A stretch of 64,000 nucleotides of DNA, taken from contig MTOH01000002.1 in the NCBI GenBank assembly GCA_002011615.1, forward strand, positions 207,526-271,525, in the 5' to 3' direction. Under the pieces are notes generated by a model. That model was not told the origin of the DNA. It was given only the letters and a program-made list of their open reading frames with translations, and searched no databases. The position numbers and the translations under genes were made by a program. The stretch comes from Candidatus Hydrothermus pacificus (GTDB lineage Bacteria; Hydrothermota; Hydrothermia; Hydrothermales; Hydrothermaceae). Shown piece after piece: positions 47,866 through 56,726 of the stretch; positions within the stretch are counted from its first letter, which is position 1, and the number at the start of each line of letters is the position of its first letter.

Positions 47866-50466
47866 CTATTTTATAACTGAAAACTTATAATAGGATGTGT
47901 TAAAGGACGTTTTCATGACTGCTATGTAAGTTCCGGGGTCCACAGGTTTGCCATTTTTATCTTTCAAATCCCACTTGTATTCATATCTTCCCACAGGTTG
48001 AAAATTAAAATTCTTCTCAAATACAATTTTACCTGCCACGTTGTAAATTTTTAAATCCACCGGGGTTTCTCCCTCTGTAACAACATAAACTATTTTTACA
48101 TAACCGTATTTTGTTGGATTTGGATAAAGGAGTATAATCCTGTCTTCAAGTGGCTCAGGTTCAATCACTGGAATTTCAGGAGTTTCAATAAAAAGTAATT
48201 TTTCAGCATCAGGATATCCCCAGCCTGATATGTTATCCACGCTATCCCCGAGCAGATTTGAGGTTTCTTTTAAATACTGCATCAATTCTCTTGCACTCCA
48301 TGAAGGGTGTGCTGACCAGGCAAGTGCACATATACCTGTGACAATTGCACTTGAATAGGATGTGCCTTCGCTGTGAGCATATCCTATTATTGTATCACCA
48401 TTTTGATCAATATAAGTCATTGCAGTTTTTGCACTCCAGGGAGCTACAACATCTGGTTTTTTTCTGCCATCAGCAGAAGGACCGTAACAGGATTTTGGAT
48501 GGACCTCTATAACACTGTCAATAGTTATTCCGCCTACACTTATGATTGAATCTGCATCTGAAGGTGCATGGAGGGTTGTGTCAGGAACACCTATCTGCTG
48601 ATGGAACTCATTATCACCCAGATTACCTATGGCATTAACTAAAAGCACATCTTTTTTTATTGCCTTTGAGGCGGCAACAGAAGATGGAGCTGTCTTACCA
48701 TCAAGGTCATTTTTGTTCCACCATAGAATATAGCCGAGAGAACTATTTATTATTTTTGCACCCTTTGATATTGCCCATTCTAATCCTTCAACCCAGAAAT
48801 CTTCTTCTATTATGTTTTCAAAATCTTCTCCTGATAGATTGGTTGTTCTTTCTGTCCTTGCCAGTATAAATTTTGAACCCGGTGAGACACCTGTAAGTTC
48901 TCCTGGAGATACACCAGCTATTACACTCAAAACTCTTGCTCCGTGAGTGAAACTGTTGAAATCATAATCCTCCTGTTCTTCAAAAGTGACTGTCGTATCC
49001 CCTCTTCTTCTCAGAAGAATTGTTGCGCTATCAACACCAATAAGGTCTGTATAAAAATAGTCCACTGTATCAGGTGCAGGTGAGTTAACAGAAGATGCAA
49101 ATAAACTCCCATATTTTGAGTAGATGATTTTTAGTTCGTTACCTTCGTAATAGAATGCAGGCGAATAAATAAAAATTCCTGTATCAATTAATTGGGTTTG
49201 AATCTGGGTTAAAGAAGAATCAAATATAGAGAACCATAGATTTTGATAATCAAAGTAACAGATTTTTATTGTGTCGTTTTTTATTACCAGGTCTGCTGAT
49301 GGACTTTCTGATATGCTTTTAAGAGAAATAAGATTGTAGATAGAATCTACTCTGAATATCAAAAGACTTTCACTTTCCCATGGATTTCCTTTGATTAAAA
49401 ACCCTGAAAATCCATTTGATGATTTTTTTATCTCATAGTCACTGAAATTCCCCTGAACAATCAGACTTTCATTCCATGTGTTTCCTGAATCCTGAGAAAA
49501 TAGAACTTTAAGACCATTTGTATCCAGAAAAAAAACACCTAACCTGTTAAATATATTCAATATGCTGGGTTTTATTATTTTTGCTGAATAATAAATTACC
49601 GTGTCTTTTACAATGTTGAAGCTATCTGGATTTTCAAGTAATGAAAAATTCAATTCAAATAGAACCCTTTTTGTTTTATAAACAAGAAATATATTGTTGC
49701 CTGTGATTTCAAAGGATGGTTTTATGGCAAAGCTGTCTCTTTTTATCAATTTTGGTGAGAGTGTAAACTCACCCAGTTCATTGACCTTACACACAAATAT
49801 TTTCCAGAAATTTCTGGGTGATATCCCCTGGACTGCATACAGAATTGAGTCATGACTGTAACTATAAAATACAATTGTTTCGTTACCCATGTTTTTTAAA
49901 TCAAAGCTATTCACATATCCAGCACCTGTCTGATTGTAGCTTATTTCTCTGAAATTAGTTGTCGGGAACTTAATAAAAAGATGGTCTCCTGAATTAAAAT
50001 CATGGGTTGCAACTATCCTTTTATATTCGGGGTTTATAAGATGTTTAAGGGCAGGGTGATTAAAATCAAATCCTGCATCAAGAATCCCTATTCTTACATT
50101 ATCACCAAGAACACCTCTTTTATGAACTTCAGGAATTTTAAGGATTTCAAGATAACTTTCATAGGTGAATTCTGAAACATCAAAAGGTGTCAAATTTTTT
50201 GTAAATTTCGTAAACCTTGCAATTTCTCTTGTTTTCTTGCTCACAGAGTTTATTCTCATCATATCTTTTTCAGGCACAAAGGCTGAAAAGGAACCGAGTA
50301 ATTTTGATATTGTTCTTGCCCTTCCTCCTCTTTCTTCTACCCATTTTAACACTGATGATGATGTTTTTATGTCCTGTGGAAATATCCAGTAAGGTTTTAA
50401 GCTTGCGTACAGAGTTGAAAACATCCCGATTATCACCAAAATTTTTGCACATCTGCTCATATACAA
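47866..50466 (-). CDS. Large subtilisin-like protease (S8) with about 370-aa insertion carrying a BNR/Asp-box-like motif and a T9SS-type C-terminal sorting domain
   Basis: 866 aa; signal peptide; Asp (GILDAGFD), His (FTHGARV) and Ser (GTSYSSAIVTG) are separated by a long insertion containing SQDSGNTW; C-terminal LYPNPT...KIYNVAGKIV...GTYIAVMKT matches Por-secretion tail pattern. Confidence 0.85.
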   Translation of the reverse strand: MYMSRCAKILVIIGMFSTLYASLKPYWIFPQDIKTSSSVLKWVEERGGRARTISKLLGSFSAFVPEKDMMRINSVSKKTREIARFTKFTKNLTPFDVSEFTYESYLEILKIPEVHKRGVLGDNVRIGILDAGFDFNHPALKHLINPEYKRIVATHDFNSGDHLFIKFPTTNFREISYNQTGAGYVNSFDLKNMGNETIVFYSYSHDSILYAVQGISPRNFWKIFVCKVNELGEFTLSPKLIKRDSFAIKPSFEITGNNIFLVYKTKRVLFELNFSLLENPDSFNIVKDTVIYYSAKIIKPSILNIFNRLGVFFLDTNGLKVLFSQDSGNTWNESLIVQGNFSDYEIKKSSNGFSGFLIKGNPWESESLLIFRVDSIYNLISLKSISESPSADLVIKNDTIKICYFDYQNLWFSIFDSSLTQIQTQLIDTGIFIYSPAFYYEGNELKIIYSKYGSLFASSVNSPAPDTVDYFYTDLIGVDSATILLRRRGDTTVTFEEQEDYDFNSFTHGARVLSVIAGVSPGELTGVSPGSKFILARTERTTNLSGEDFENIIEEDFWVEGLEWAISKGAKIINSSLGYILWWNKNDLDGKTAPSSVAASKAIKKDVLLVNAIGNLGDNEFHQQIGVPDTTLHAPSDADSIISVGGITIDSVIEVHPKSCYGPSADGRKKPDVVAPWSAKTAMTYIDQNGDTIIGYAHSEGTSYSSAIVTGICALAWSAHPSWSARELMQYLKETSNLLGDSVDNISGWGYPDAEKLLFIETPEIPVIEPEPLEDRIILLYPNPTKYGYVKIVYVVTEGETPVDLKIYNVAGKIVFEKNFNFQPVGRYEYKWDLKDKNGKPVDPGTYIAVMKTSFNTSYYKFSVIK

Positions 50467-50497
50467 CCCCTTTAAAATTTATTTATTATTATAAGGT

Positions 50498-50527
50498 TTG
50501 ATAAATAAAAATTTCATTCTTTATAAT
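50498..50527 (+). promoter_or_regulatory. Sigma70-type promoter (TTGATA-N18-TATAAT) for the porGDAB operon
   Basis: -35 at 50498-50503, -10 at 50522-50527; SD AAAGGAG at about 50544-50550 before the ATG at 50559. Confidence 0.5.
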
Positions 50528-50558
50528 TAAAACCTCTTTTAAAAAAGGAGTTTTTATA

Positions 50559-51122
50559 ATGATTAAAAGAATTGATATCAGATGGCATGGTAGAGGAGGA
50601 ATGGGGGCAAAAACAGCGGCACTCCTTTTGGGTGAAGCGATGATGCATGAAGGTAAGTATGTTCAGGCTTTCCCTGAGTATGGTCCGGAAAGACGAGGAG
50701 CTCCGGTGGTTGCTTTTACCAGAATCAGTGATAGTGAAATAAGAGGACACTATGGAGTGACCTCTCCTGATGTGGTAGTCGTTCTTGACCCAACTCTCCT
50801 TGCATCTCCCAAGGTTAAGGAGGGAATCAAAAAAGATACTGTGGTAGTTGTGAATACTTCTTTATCTCCAGAAGAAGTTAGGAAAAAACTTGGTGTTGAT
50901 TGTGAAGTTAAAGTTGCTGATGCTTCAACAATTTCCAGAGAGATTCTTGGAAGGAATTTGCCAAATACCCCGATGCTCGGGGCTCTCATGAAGGCTATAA
51001 ATCTTCTTCCTTTTGAGAATTTCCTTAAAGCGGTGGAAGAAAGATTAAAAATGAAGTTCAAAGAAGATATTGTGAGAAAAAATATCTCAGCAATTAAAAA
51101 AGCATATGAGGAGGTAAAATGA
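50559..51122 (+). CDS. porG: Pyruvate (2-oxoacid):ferredoxin oxidoreductase, gamma subunit
   Basis: 187 aa; RWHGRGGMGAKTAA N-terminal motif; first gene of a four-gene POR-type operon with overlapping junctions. Confidence 0.85.
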   Translation: MIKRIDIRWHGRGGMGAKTAALLLGEAMMHEGKYVQAFPEYGPERRGAPVVAFTRISDSEIRGHYGVTSPDVVVVLDPTLLASPKVKEGIKKDTVVVVNTSLSPEEVRKKLGVDCEVKVADASTISREILGRNLPNTPMLGALMKAINLLPFENFLKAVEERLKMKFKEDIVRKNISAIKKAYEEVK

Positions 51123-51400
51123 AATTTAAATCATGGAAAGATTTGCCAGAAGGAGCCATTGTAAGAGATGTTCCCACATCTCCTGAGTTTAAAACTGGTG
51201 ACTGGAAATCAAGAACTCCCAAATATATACCTGAAAAATGCACTCATGACCTTTTGTGCTGGCTTTATTGCCCGGATTCTGCAATTCATGTTAAAGATGG
51301 TAAAATTGAAAAATTTGATCTTGATTACTGTAAAGGATGTGGTATATGTGCAAGTATATGTCCCCAGGATGCAATTGAAATGGTGGAGGAAGAGGTATGA
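51119..51400 (+). CDS. porD: Pyruvate:ferredoxin oxidoreductase, delta subunit (2x[4Fe-4S] ferredoxin)
   Basis: 93 aa; two Cys clusters (CTHDLLCWLYCP and CKGCGICASICP). Confidence 0.85.
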   Translation: MKFKSWKDLPEGAIVRDVPTSPEFKTGDWKSRTPKYIPEKCTHDLLCWLYCPDSAIHVKDGKIEKFDLDYCKGCGICASICPQDAIEMVEEEV

Positions 51401-52584
51401 AGACAAAAGCATTTATAAAACATGCTTTGACAGGGAATGAAGCAGCAGCCTATGCGATGAAGCAAATAAATCCTGATGTTGTTGCTGCATATCCCATTAC
51501 TCCTGCAACTGAGATTGTTCAGATATTCTCAAAGTATGTTTCCAATGGTGAGGTTACCACAGAATTTGTTCCTGTTGAATCTGAACACTCCGCGATGTCT
51601 GTGTGTGTGGGGGCTTCTGCGTCTGGTGCAAGGGTAATGACTGCAACCGCTTCTCAGGGACTTGCACTCATGCATGAAATCCTGTATATAGCTGCTTCAT
51701 TAAGATTGCCAATTGTTATGGTAGTGGGTAACAGAGCACTTTCAGGTCCTATAAATATACATTGCGACCATTCCGATGCAATGGGTTCAAGAGATTCAGG
51801 GTGGATACAGATGTTTTGTGAAAATGCAAATGAAGTTTATCATACGGTGATAATGGCAGTAAAGATAGCAGAAAAAGTGAATCTACCATGTATGGTTGGC
51901 ATGGACGGGTTTATAATCACGCATGGGATGGAAGTTATTGAGACTATTGACGATGAGGAAGTGAAAAGATTTATCAGTAAAAGGACTCCTCTTTATTCTG
52001 TTCTTGATATAGAAAAACCAATAACAATAGGACCTCTTGACCTTTTTGACTGGTATTTTGAGCACAAAAGATCTCAACTTGAAGGGATGCTTCAAGCAAA
52101 GAAAGTGATTCCAGAAGTTGTTGAGGAATACAATCAGAGATTTGGGACAAACTTTCCCGCTTTTCTGGAAACATACAGAATGGATGATGCAGAGTTTGCA
52201 ATAATATCAATGTCTTCTGCTGCAGGGACAATGAAAGAAGCTATTGACATAAAAAGAGAGGAAGGATTAAAGGTAGGGCTTCTCAGAATTAAGACCACAA
52301 GGCCATTTCCTTACGAAATTTTGAGAGAGAAAACTAAAGGACTCAAAGCAATAGGAATAATGGACAGAGCAGAATCATGGAGCACAATGGGTGGTCCTCT
52401 TTCTATTGAAGTTAAATCAGCTCTTTATCCTCTTGATAAAAGACCCTTTGCAATAGATTTTGTTTTTGGCCTGGGTGGAAGAGAATTCCCCATTGAGGAT
52501 GCCTTTAAAATAATTGATATAACAAGAAAATTATCAGAAGGGGAAGAATTCCCTGAATTTGTTCACATAGGCTTAAAAGAGTAA
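51397..52584 (+). CDS. porA: Pyruvate:ferredoxin oxidoreductase, alpha subunit
   Basis: 395 aa; N-terminal GNEAAAYAMKQINPDVVAAYPITPATEI typical of POR/KOR alpha subunits. Confidence 0.85.
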   Translation: MKTKAFIKHALTGNEAAAYAMKQINPDVVAAYPITPATEIVQIFSKYVSNGEVTTEFVPVESEHSAMSVCVGASASGARVMTATASQGLALMHEILYIAASLRLPIVMVVGNRALSGPINIHCDHSDAMGSRDSGWIQMFCENANEVYHTVIMAVKIAEKVNLPCMVGMDGFIITHGMEVIETIDDEEVKRFISKRTPLYSVLDIEKPITIGPLDLFDWYFEHKRSQLEGMLQAKKVIPEVVEEYNQRFGTNFPAFLETYRMDDAEFAIISMSSAAGTMKEAIDIKREEGLKVGLLRIKTTRPFPYEILREKTKGLKAIGIMDRAESWSTMGGPLSIEVKSALYPLDKRPFAIDFVFGLGGREFPIEDAFKIIDITRKLSEGEEFPEFVHIGLKE

Positions 52585-52596
52585 AGGAGAAAAAAA

Positions 52597-53541
52597 ATGA
52601 AAAAGAAAATTCTTTCCTTAAAGGAACTTTCTGAGAGAACTTATGGACTGGCATCAGGACACAGGGCCTGTGCAGGTTGTCCGTTTCCGTCAATTGTAAA
52701 AATGATTTTAGGGTCTTCTGATTATCCTGTTGTGGTTGCAAATGCAACCGGGTGCCTGGAAGTTGTAACCACAATTTTTCCCTATACCGCATGGCCTGTC
52801 CCATGGATTCATTCTGCCTTTGAAAATGTTGCAGCTACAATTTCAGGGGTTGAAACTGCTTTTAAAGCACTTCAGAATAAAGGAGTTATGCCCGCAGATA
52901 GGAAAGTCAATTTTGTGGCTTTTGGAGGTGATGGAGGAACATATGATATAGGTCTTCAATCTCTGTCCGGTGCTATGGAAAGAAGGCACAATTTTCTCTA
53001 TGTCCTTTATGATAATCAGGCTTACATGAATACAGGGATTCAAAGGTCCTCTGCAACTCCTTTTGGTGCTCACACCACAACTTCTCCTGCGGGCAAAGTT
53101 ATTCCAGGCAAAGTTCAGCACAGAAAAGATATAACAGAAATAGTGGCTGCCCATGATATTCCCTATGCAGCCCAGGCTTCACCTTCTCACTGGGGAGACC
53201 TGATAAGAAAGGCAAGAAGAGCTTTTGAAATTGAAGGACCCAAATTTATTGCTGTTATCTCACCCTGTGTTCCCGGATGGGGATATGATGAGAGCGAATC
53301 CATAGAACTTGCGAGACTTGCTGTTGAGACCTGTTTCTGGCCTCTTTATGAAATAGATAATGGAATTTATAAGCTAAATTATAAACCTAAGAATAAATTG
53401 CCCGTTAAAGTATGGCTTGAAAAACAGGCAAGATTTAAACATCTTTTAGATAAACCTGAACTGATAGATGAAATTCAAAACAAAATTGATGAGAAGTGGA
53501 AAAAACTTCTCTGGCTTGATGGTAAAAAAGTAGAGGATTAG
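52597..53541 (+). CDS. porB: Pyruvate:ferredoxin oxidoreductase, beta subunit (TPP-binding)
   Basis: 314 aa; Cys ligands (CAGCP...C) and TPP-binding GDGG motif (FGGDGGTYDIG). Confidence 0.85.
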   Translation: MKKKILSLKELSERTYGLASGHRACAGCPFPSIVKMILGSSDYPVVVANATGCLEVVTTIFPYTAWPVPWIHSAFENVAATISGVETAFKALQNKGVMPADRKVNFVAFGGDGGTYDIGLQSLSGAMERRHNFLYVLYDNQAYMNTGIQRSSATPFGAHTTTSPAGKVIPGKVQHRKDITEIVAAHDIPYAAQASPSHWGDLIRKARRAFEIEGPKFIAVISPCVPGWGYDESESIELARLAVETCFWPLYEIDNGIYKLNYKPKNKLPVKVWLEKQARFKHLLDKPELIDEIQNKIDEKWKKLLWLDGKKVED

Positions 53542-53658
53542 ACGCTATTTTTTCAACAGATGGAAAGTATAGTGTGAAAGGGGTAAACCCAGAGTAAATC
53601 TGTTCCTGCCTTTTTCATGCAGAACAAATGCTGAGAACCCGATTGTATTAAAAATGTT

Positions 53659-53687
53659 TTGTAATTTAAATTTTTCTACCTTATAAT
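53659..53687 (+). promoter_or_regulatory. Candidate sigma70-type promoter (TTGTAA-N17-TATAAT) for tRNA-Lys
   Basis: -35 at 53659-53664, -10 at 53682-53687; tRNA 5' end at 53707. Confidence 0.4.
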
Positions 53688-53706
53688 TATAATCTCATAT
53701 TTAAAC

Positions 53707-53779
53707 GGGCCGTTAGCTCAGGTGGCAGAGCACCGGATTTTTAATCCGGGGGTCGGAGGTTCAAATCCTCCACGGCCCA
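53707..53779 (+). tRNA. tRNA-Lys (anticodon TTT)
   Basis: 73-nt cloverleaf; anticodon loop TTTTTAA, T-loop TTCAAAT, 7-bp acceptor stem. Confidence 0.85.
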
Positions 53780-53816
53780 TTGTTTATATTTTTGAACCTG
53801 TGAACTTTTACAGCAA

Positions 53817-54923
53817 ATGTCTTTTAAAGTGAGATATCTGGATGTTATTCCTTATAAAGATAAATTTCTTGTTAAAGACCCTCTTGGTATTTCAAAAGAG
53901 ATGCTTCTCAATAGGGAGTCTCTTTTGCTTCTTTCTCTGCTCGATGGCGGGAATTCTATTCAGGATATAAAAACAATGTTTTTGAGAAACACCGGGATAA
54001 TTTTATCTGACTCAGAAATACTGAATTTTGTTCAGGAAATGGATAAAAATTATATTTTATACAACGATAATTTTATTAAAAGGATGGAATTTGAAAAAGA
54101 AAAAATTTTATCAGCTCCTTATAAAGAAATAAATTTTCAACTTGATTTTGAGAAATTAAAAAGAGAAATAGAAAAATATAAAGCTTTGAATGAACAGGAT
54201 ATAAAAGCCATTATTGTTCCCCATATTGATATAAATATCGGTTTAAAAACATATATGAAAACATTCTCCTGTGTTAAAAACCTGAATAAAAAAATATTCT
54301 TTATTTTTGGTGTGCCTCATTCTTATTCAGAAAGCTGTTTTTCTATATTCCCGAAGAACTATAAGATAGGAGAAAATATAGTAGAAATACAAAAGGAAAT
54401 AATAGAAGGAATAAAGAACAAAATTAATTTTGATATTTTCTCAGATGTGCTGGCTTATAAAAACGAGCATTCTGTTGAATTTCCCATAGTATTTTTAAGT
54501 TTAATAGAAAAGGATTTTTATGTGATTCCCTCTCTTGTTTCAAAATCAGATATTTCCTTGCTTAAAAGTCTGGCAGAAAATATATTTGAAGTTATAGCTC
54601 CTTTTAAAGATGAAATTTTACTAATATCAAGTATTGACTTAAGCCATGTGGGAAGAAAATTTGGAGATGAGAAGAGTTTTAATACTGAAGAGATAGACAG
54701 GAAATACATTGAATATCTAAAAAATATGGAAAATGAAATGGCTTTTGATTTTATTGAAAGTAAGAACAATTTCACCAGGATAGATGGACTTTATACAAAT
54801 TTTGTATTTCTTGAAATTCTTAGACTTATGAAAGCAGGTAAATCTGAAGTCCTTGACTATGAAGTGTATTACGAAGATATCACTGACTCGATTGTTAGTT
54901 ACGCTTCTTTAATCTTTAAATAG
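53817..54923 (+). CDS. Memo-family (AmmeMemoRadiSam protein B-like) protein with N-terminal PqqD-like RRE domain
   Basis: 368 aa; residues ~130-368 carry Memo motifs (IIVPHID, FGVPHSYSES, EHSVEFP, SSIDLSHVG); residues ~20-105 resemble PqqD/RRE (LLNRESLLLLSLLDGGNSIQDI ... SEILNFVQEMDKNYIL). Confidence 0.7.
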   Translation: MSFKVRYLDVIPYKDKFLVKDPLGISKEMLLNRESLLLLSLLDGGNSIQDIKTMFLRNTGIILSDSEILNFVQEMDKNYILYNDNFIKRMEFEKEKILSAPYKEINFQLDFEKLKREIEKYKALNEQDIKAIIVPHIDINIGLKTYMKTFSCVKNLNKKIFFIFGVPHSYSESCFSIFPKNYKIGENIVEIQKEIIEGIKNKINFDIFSDVLAYKNEHSVEFPIVFLSLIEKDFYVIPSLVSKSDISLLKSLAENIFEVIAPFKDEILLISSIDLSHVGRKFGDEKSFNTEEIDRKYIEYLKNMENEMAFDFIESKNNFTRIDGLYTNFVFLEILRLMKAGKSEVLDYEVYYEDITDSIVSYASLIFK

Positions 54924-54931
54924 GAGGGAAC

Positions 54932-55177
54932 ATGAAAGGCAGATTGTATGTTACCGAGTTGAAAAGGAGAAAACACAGGAGAAAAAAAATTAAAAAATTG
55001 AGAGAAAAATATCTCAAAGCAGAGACCGAAGAGGAGAAAAAACAAATAATTGAAAAGGCTTTGAGAGTCAATCCCTACCTCACAGAGGGGATGTTCCTTG
55101 AACCTATAAAGAGCAAACTTGGCAAAGCAGGCAAAAGGGAAGGTTTAAAGGAAGAGCAGAAAAAAGAGGAAGAATAG
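54932..55177 (+). CDS. Small lysine/glutamate-rich protein coupled to the Memo-RRE gene (possible partner or substrate)
   Basis: 81 aa; strong SD (AGGAGGG) 6 nt before the ATG, 8 nt after the upstream stop. Highly basic N-terminus, VNPYLTEGMFLEP core, acidic tail. Confidence 0.5.
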   Translation: MKGRLYVTELKRRKHRRKKIKKLREKYLKAETEEEKKQIIEKALRVNPYLTEGMFLEPIKSKLGKAGKREGLKEEQKKEEE

Positions 55178-55184
55178 ACTTTAA

Positions 55185-55472
55185 TTATTCAACCCAGATT
55201 CTTTTATAAAAATAAGATGTGGACTGTGAGCTTCTTTGATGATACACATGTTTTTTTAAACTGTAAATCTTTTCTACATCATTGGTTCTAAAAATCATCC
55301 CGGTCCCTTCAGGTATTCTGATTGTGACTCTGCATGAAGCAATAAGTGTTTTTGCACATGGTTTTCCTGTTAATACTTTTTTTGAAGAAATCCCTCTTCC
55401 CCCTCCCCAAAGGGGGGTGCTAAGAGATATTATAATGAAAGTAATAATTGTCTTTTTTATTAATTCTTTCAT
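55185..55472 (-). CDS. Small hypothetical secreted protein
   Basis: 95 aa; N-terminal hydrophobic signal-like segment, two Cys; no recognisable SD, so coding status is uncertain. Confidence 0.3.
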   Translation of the reverse strand: MKELIKKTIITFIIISLSTPLWGGGRGISSKKVLTGKPCAKTLIASCRVTIRIPEGTGMIFRTNDVEKIYSLKKHVYHQRSSQSTSYFYKRIWVE

Positions 55473-55588
55473 AGCGTCTAAAAAATAATAGCAGAGTGTT
55501 AATCAAAAATAAAGATTCTGTTAAGAAATAGTTAAGAAAATAACCGGGTGGATTTCTGTAATCATATATTAAGAGTTTCTCGTTTTGT

Positions 55589-55618
55589 TTGCTAAATGCT
55601 TTAGAAAAAGTTTATAAT
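55589..55618 (+). promoter_or_regulatory. Candidate sigma70-type promoter (TTGCTA-N18-TATAAT) for tRNA-Arg
   Basis: -35 at 55589-55594, -10 at 55613-55618; tRNA 5' end at 55629. Confidence 0.4.
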
Positions 55619-55628
55619 TTTAAAAATT

Positions 55629-55702
55629 GCGCCCGTAGCTCAACTGGAAAGAGTGCAGGGTTGCGGACCCTGAGGCTGTGGGTTCAAATCCCACCGGGCG
55701 CA
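55629..55702 (+). tRNA. tRNA-Arg with apparent GCG anticodon
   Basis: 74-nt cloverleaf; anticodon stem CAGGG/CCCTG with loop TTGCGGA (anticodon GCG), 5-nt variable loop, T-loop TTCAAAT, perfect 7-bp acceptor stem. Confidence 0.75.
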
Positions 55703-55806
55703 TTCCTGTTTATTCATTCCATTAATTTTGTTTGAAAAGGTGAGAGAAGATTTGCTTTTATTTATCGCTTATAAATTGCAATTTGCTAATTGTTCATTTT
55801 TACTCT

Positions 55807-56637
55807 TCATAATTTCTCATATACTTTTTTAATCAAAATGGCATCTTTTTCAAGAATCGGACTTTCACATATTAAAAAGCCCTGCACATTATAGTCTTTC
55901 AACGCCTTAATACAATCTCTGTATTTAAATTTACTTTCTTTAAATTCTAAATGTTTGATTTCTCCGTTCTCTCCATATTTCATACCCGAGATGTGAATCT
56001 GCATTCTTTCAAGTGCCTTTTTGCCCAGAGCTTGCTCATATTTTTCAATAATTTCGCAGAATCTGTCATAGTTGTTAATTTCTCCGAGACTCCTTGCATA
56101 AAGATGAGCAAAATCAACAGTGGGTTCAATTCCTTCAATTTCCTGAGAAAGTAAAATAAGCTCTTCAAAAGAACCAAACTGAGAATGTTTACCCATTGTT
56201 TCAGGTCTTAAAATAACATCAATCTGTAAGTTTTCAATCTCTTTTTTTATTGAGATAATCTCCTTTTTAACCTTTTTATATACCTTTTTAGGGTCATTTT
56301 TTTGATAATATGCAGGATGAAAGCATATATCTCTTGCCCCGCATATACTTCCTATGATTGCTGAATTTATTATGTACATTTTTGAATTTTTTAAAACCCT
56401 TTTGTCCTGTGAATTTAAATTTATCCAGTAAGGTGCATGAACGGTGAGTTTTACACTGTGTTTCTCTGCAATCTCTCTTACTTTTCTGGCGGTTTGCTCT
56501 GACATTTTAACTCCTTTTACAAATTCTATTTCCATGCAATCAAGCTTTAACTCACGGATTCTTTCAATTCCTGCCTCAGTGGTTTTTCTCTTTGCTGAAT
56601 CAGGAATTCCCGCTGTCCCGAATAAAAGTTTTTTCAT
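55807..56637 (-). CDS. Xylose-isomerase-like TIM-barrel protein (AP endonuclease family 2 / sugar-phosphate isomerase-like)
   Basis: 276 aa; LLFGTAGIP N-terminus and spaced His/Glu/Asp pattern (HAPYWINL, FHPA, DFAHL) resembling endonuclease IV-like TIM barrels. Exact function not resolved. Confidence 0.5.
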   Translation of the reverse strand: MKKLLFGTAGIPDSAKRKTTEAGIERIRELKLDCMEIEFVKGVKMSEQTARKVREIAEKHSVKLTVHAPYWINLNSQDKRVLKNSKMYIINSAIIGSICGARDICFHPAYYQKNDPKKVYKKVKKEIISIKKEIENLQIDVILRPETMGKHSQFGSFEELILLSQEIEGIEPTVDFAHLYARSLGEINNYDRFCEIIEKYEQALGKKALERMQIHISGMKYGENGEIKHLEFKESKFKYRDCIKALKDYNVQGFLICESPILEKDAILIKKVYEKL

Positions 56638-56726
56638 ATATATACCTAATTATAAATAAATTTTTGTGATATTTTCAATATCATTTGATATTTTGATTTT
56701 TTATTCTTTATAATTTTTTTCCTTTA

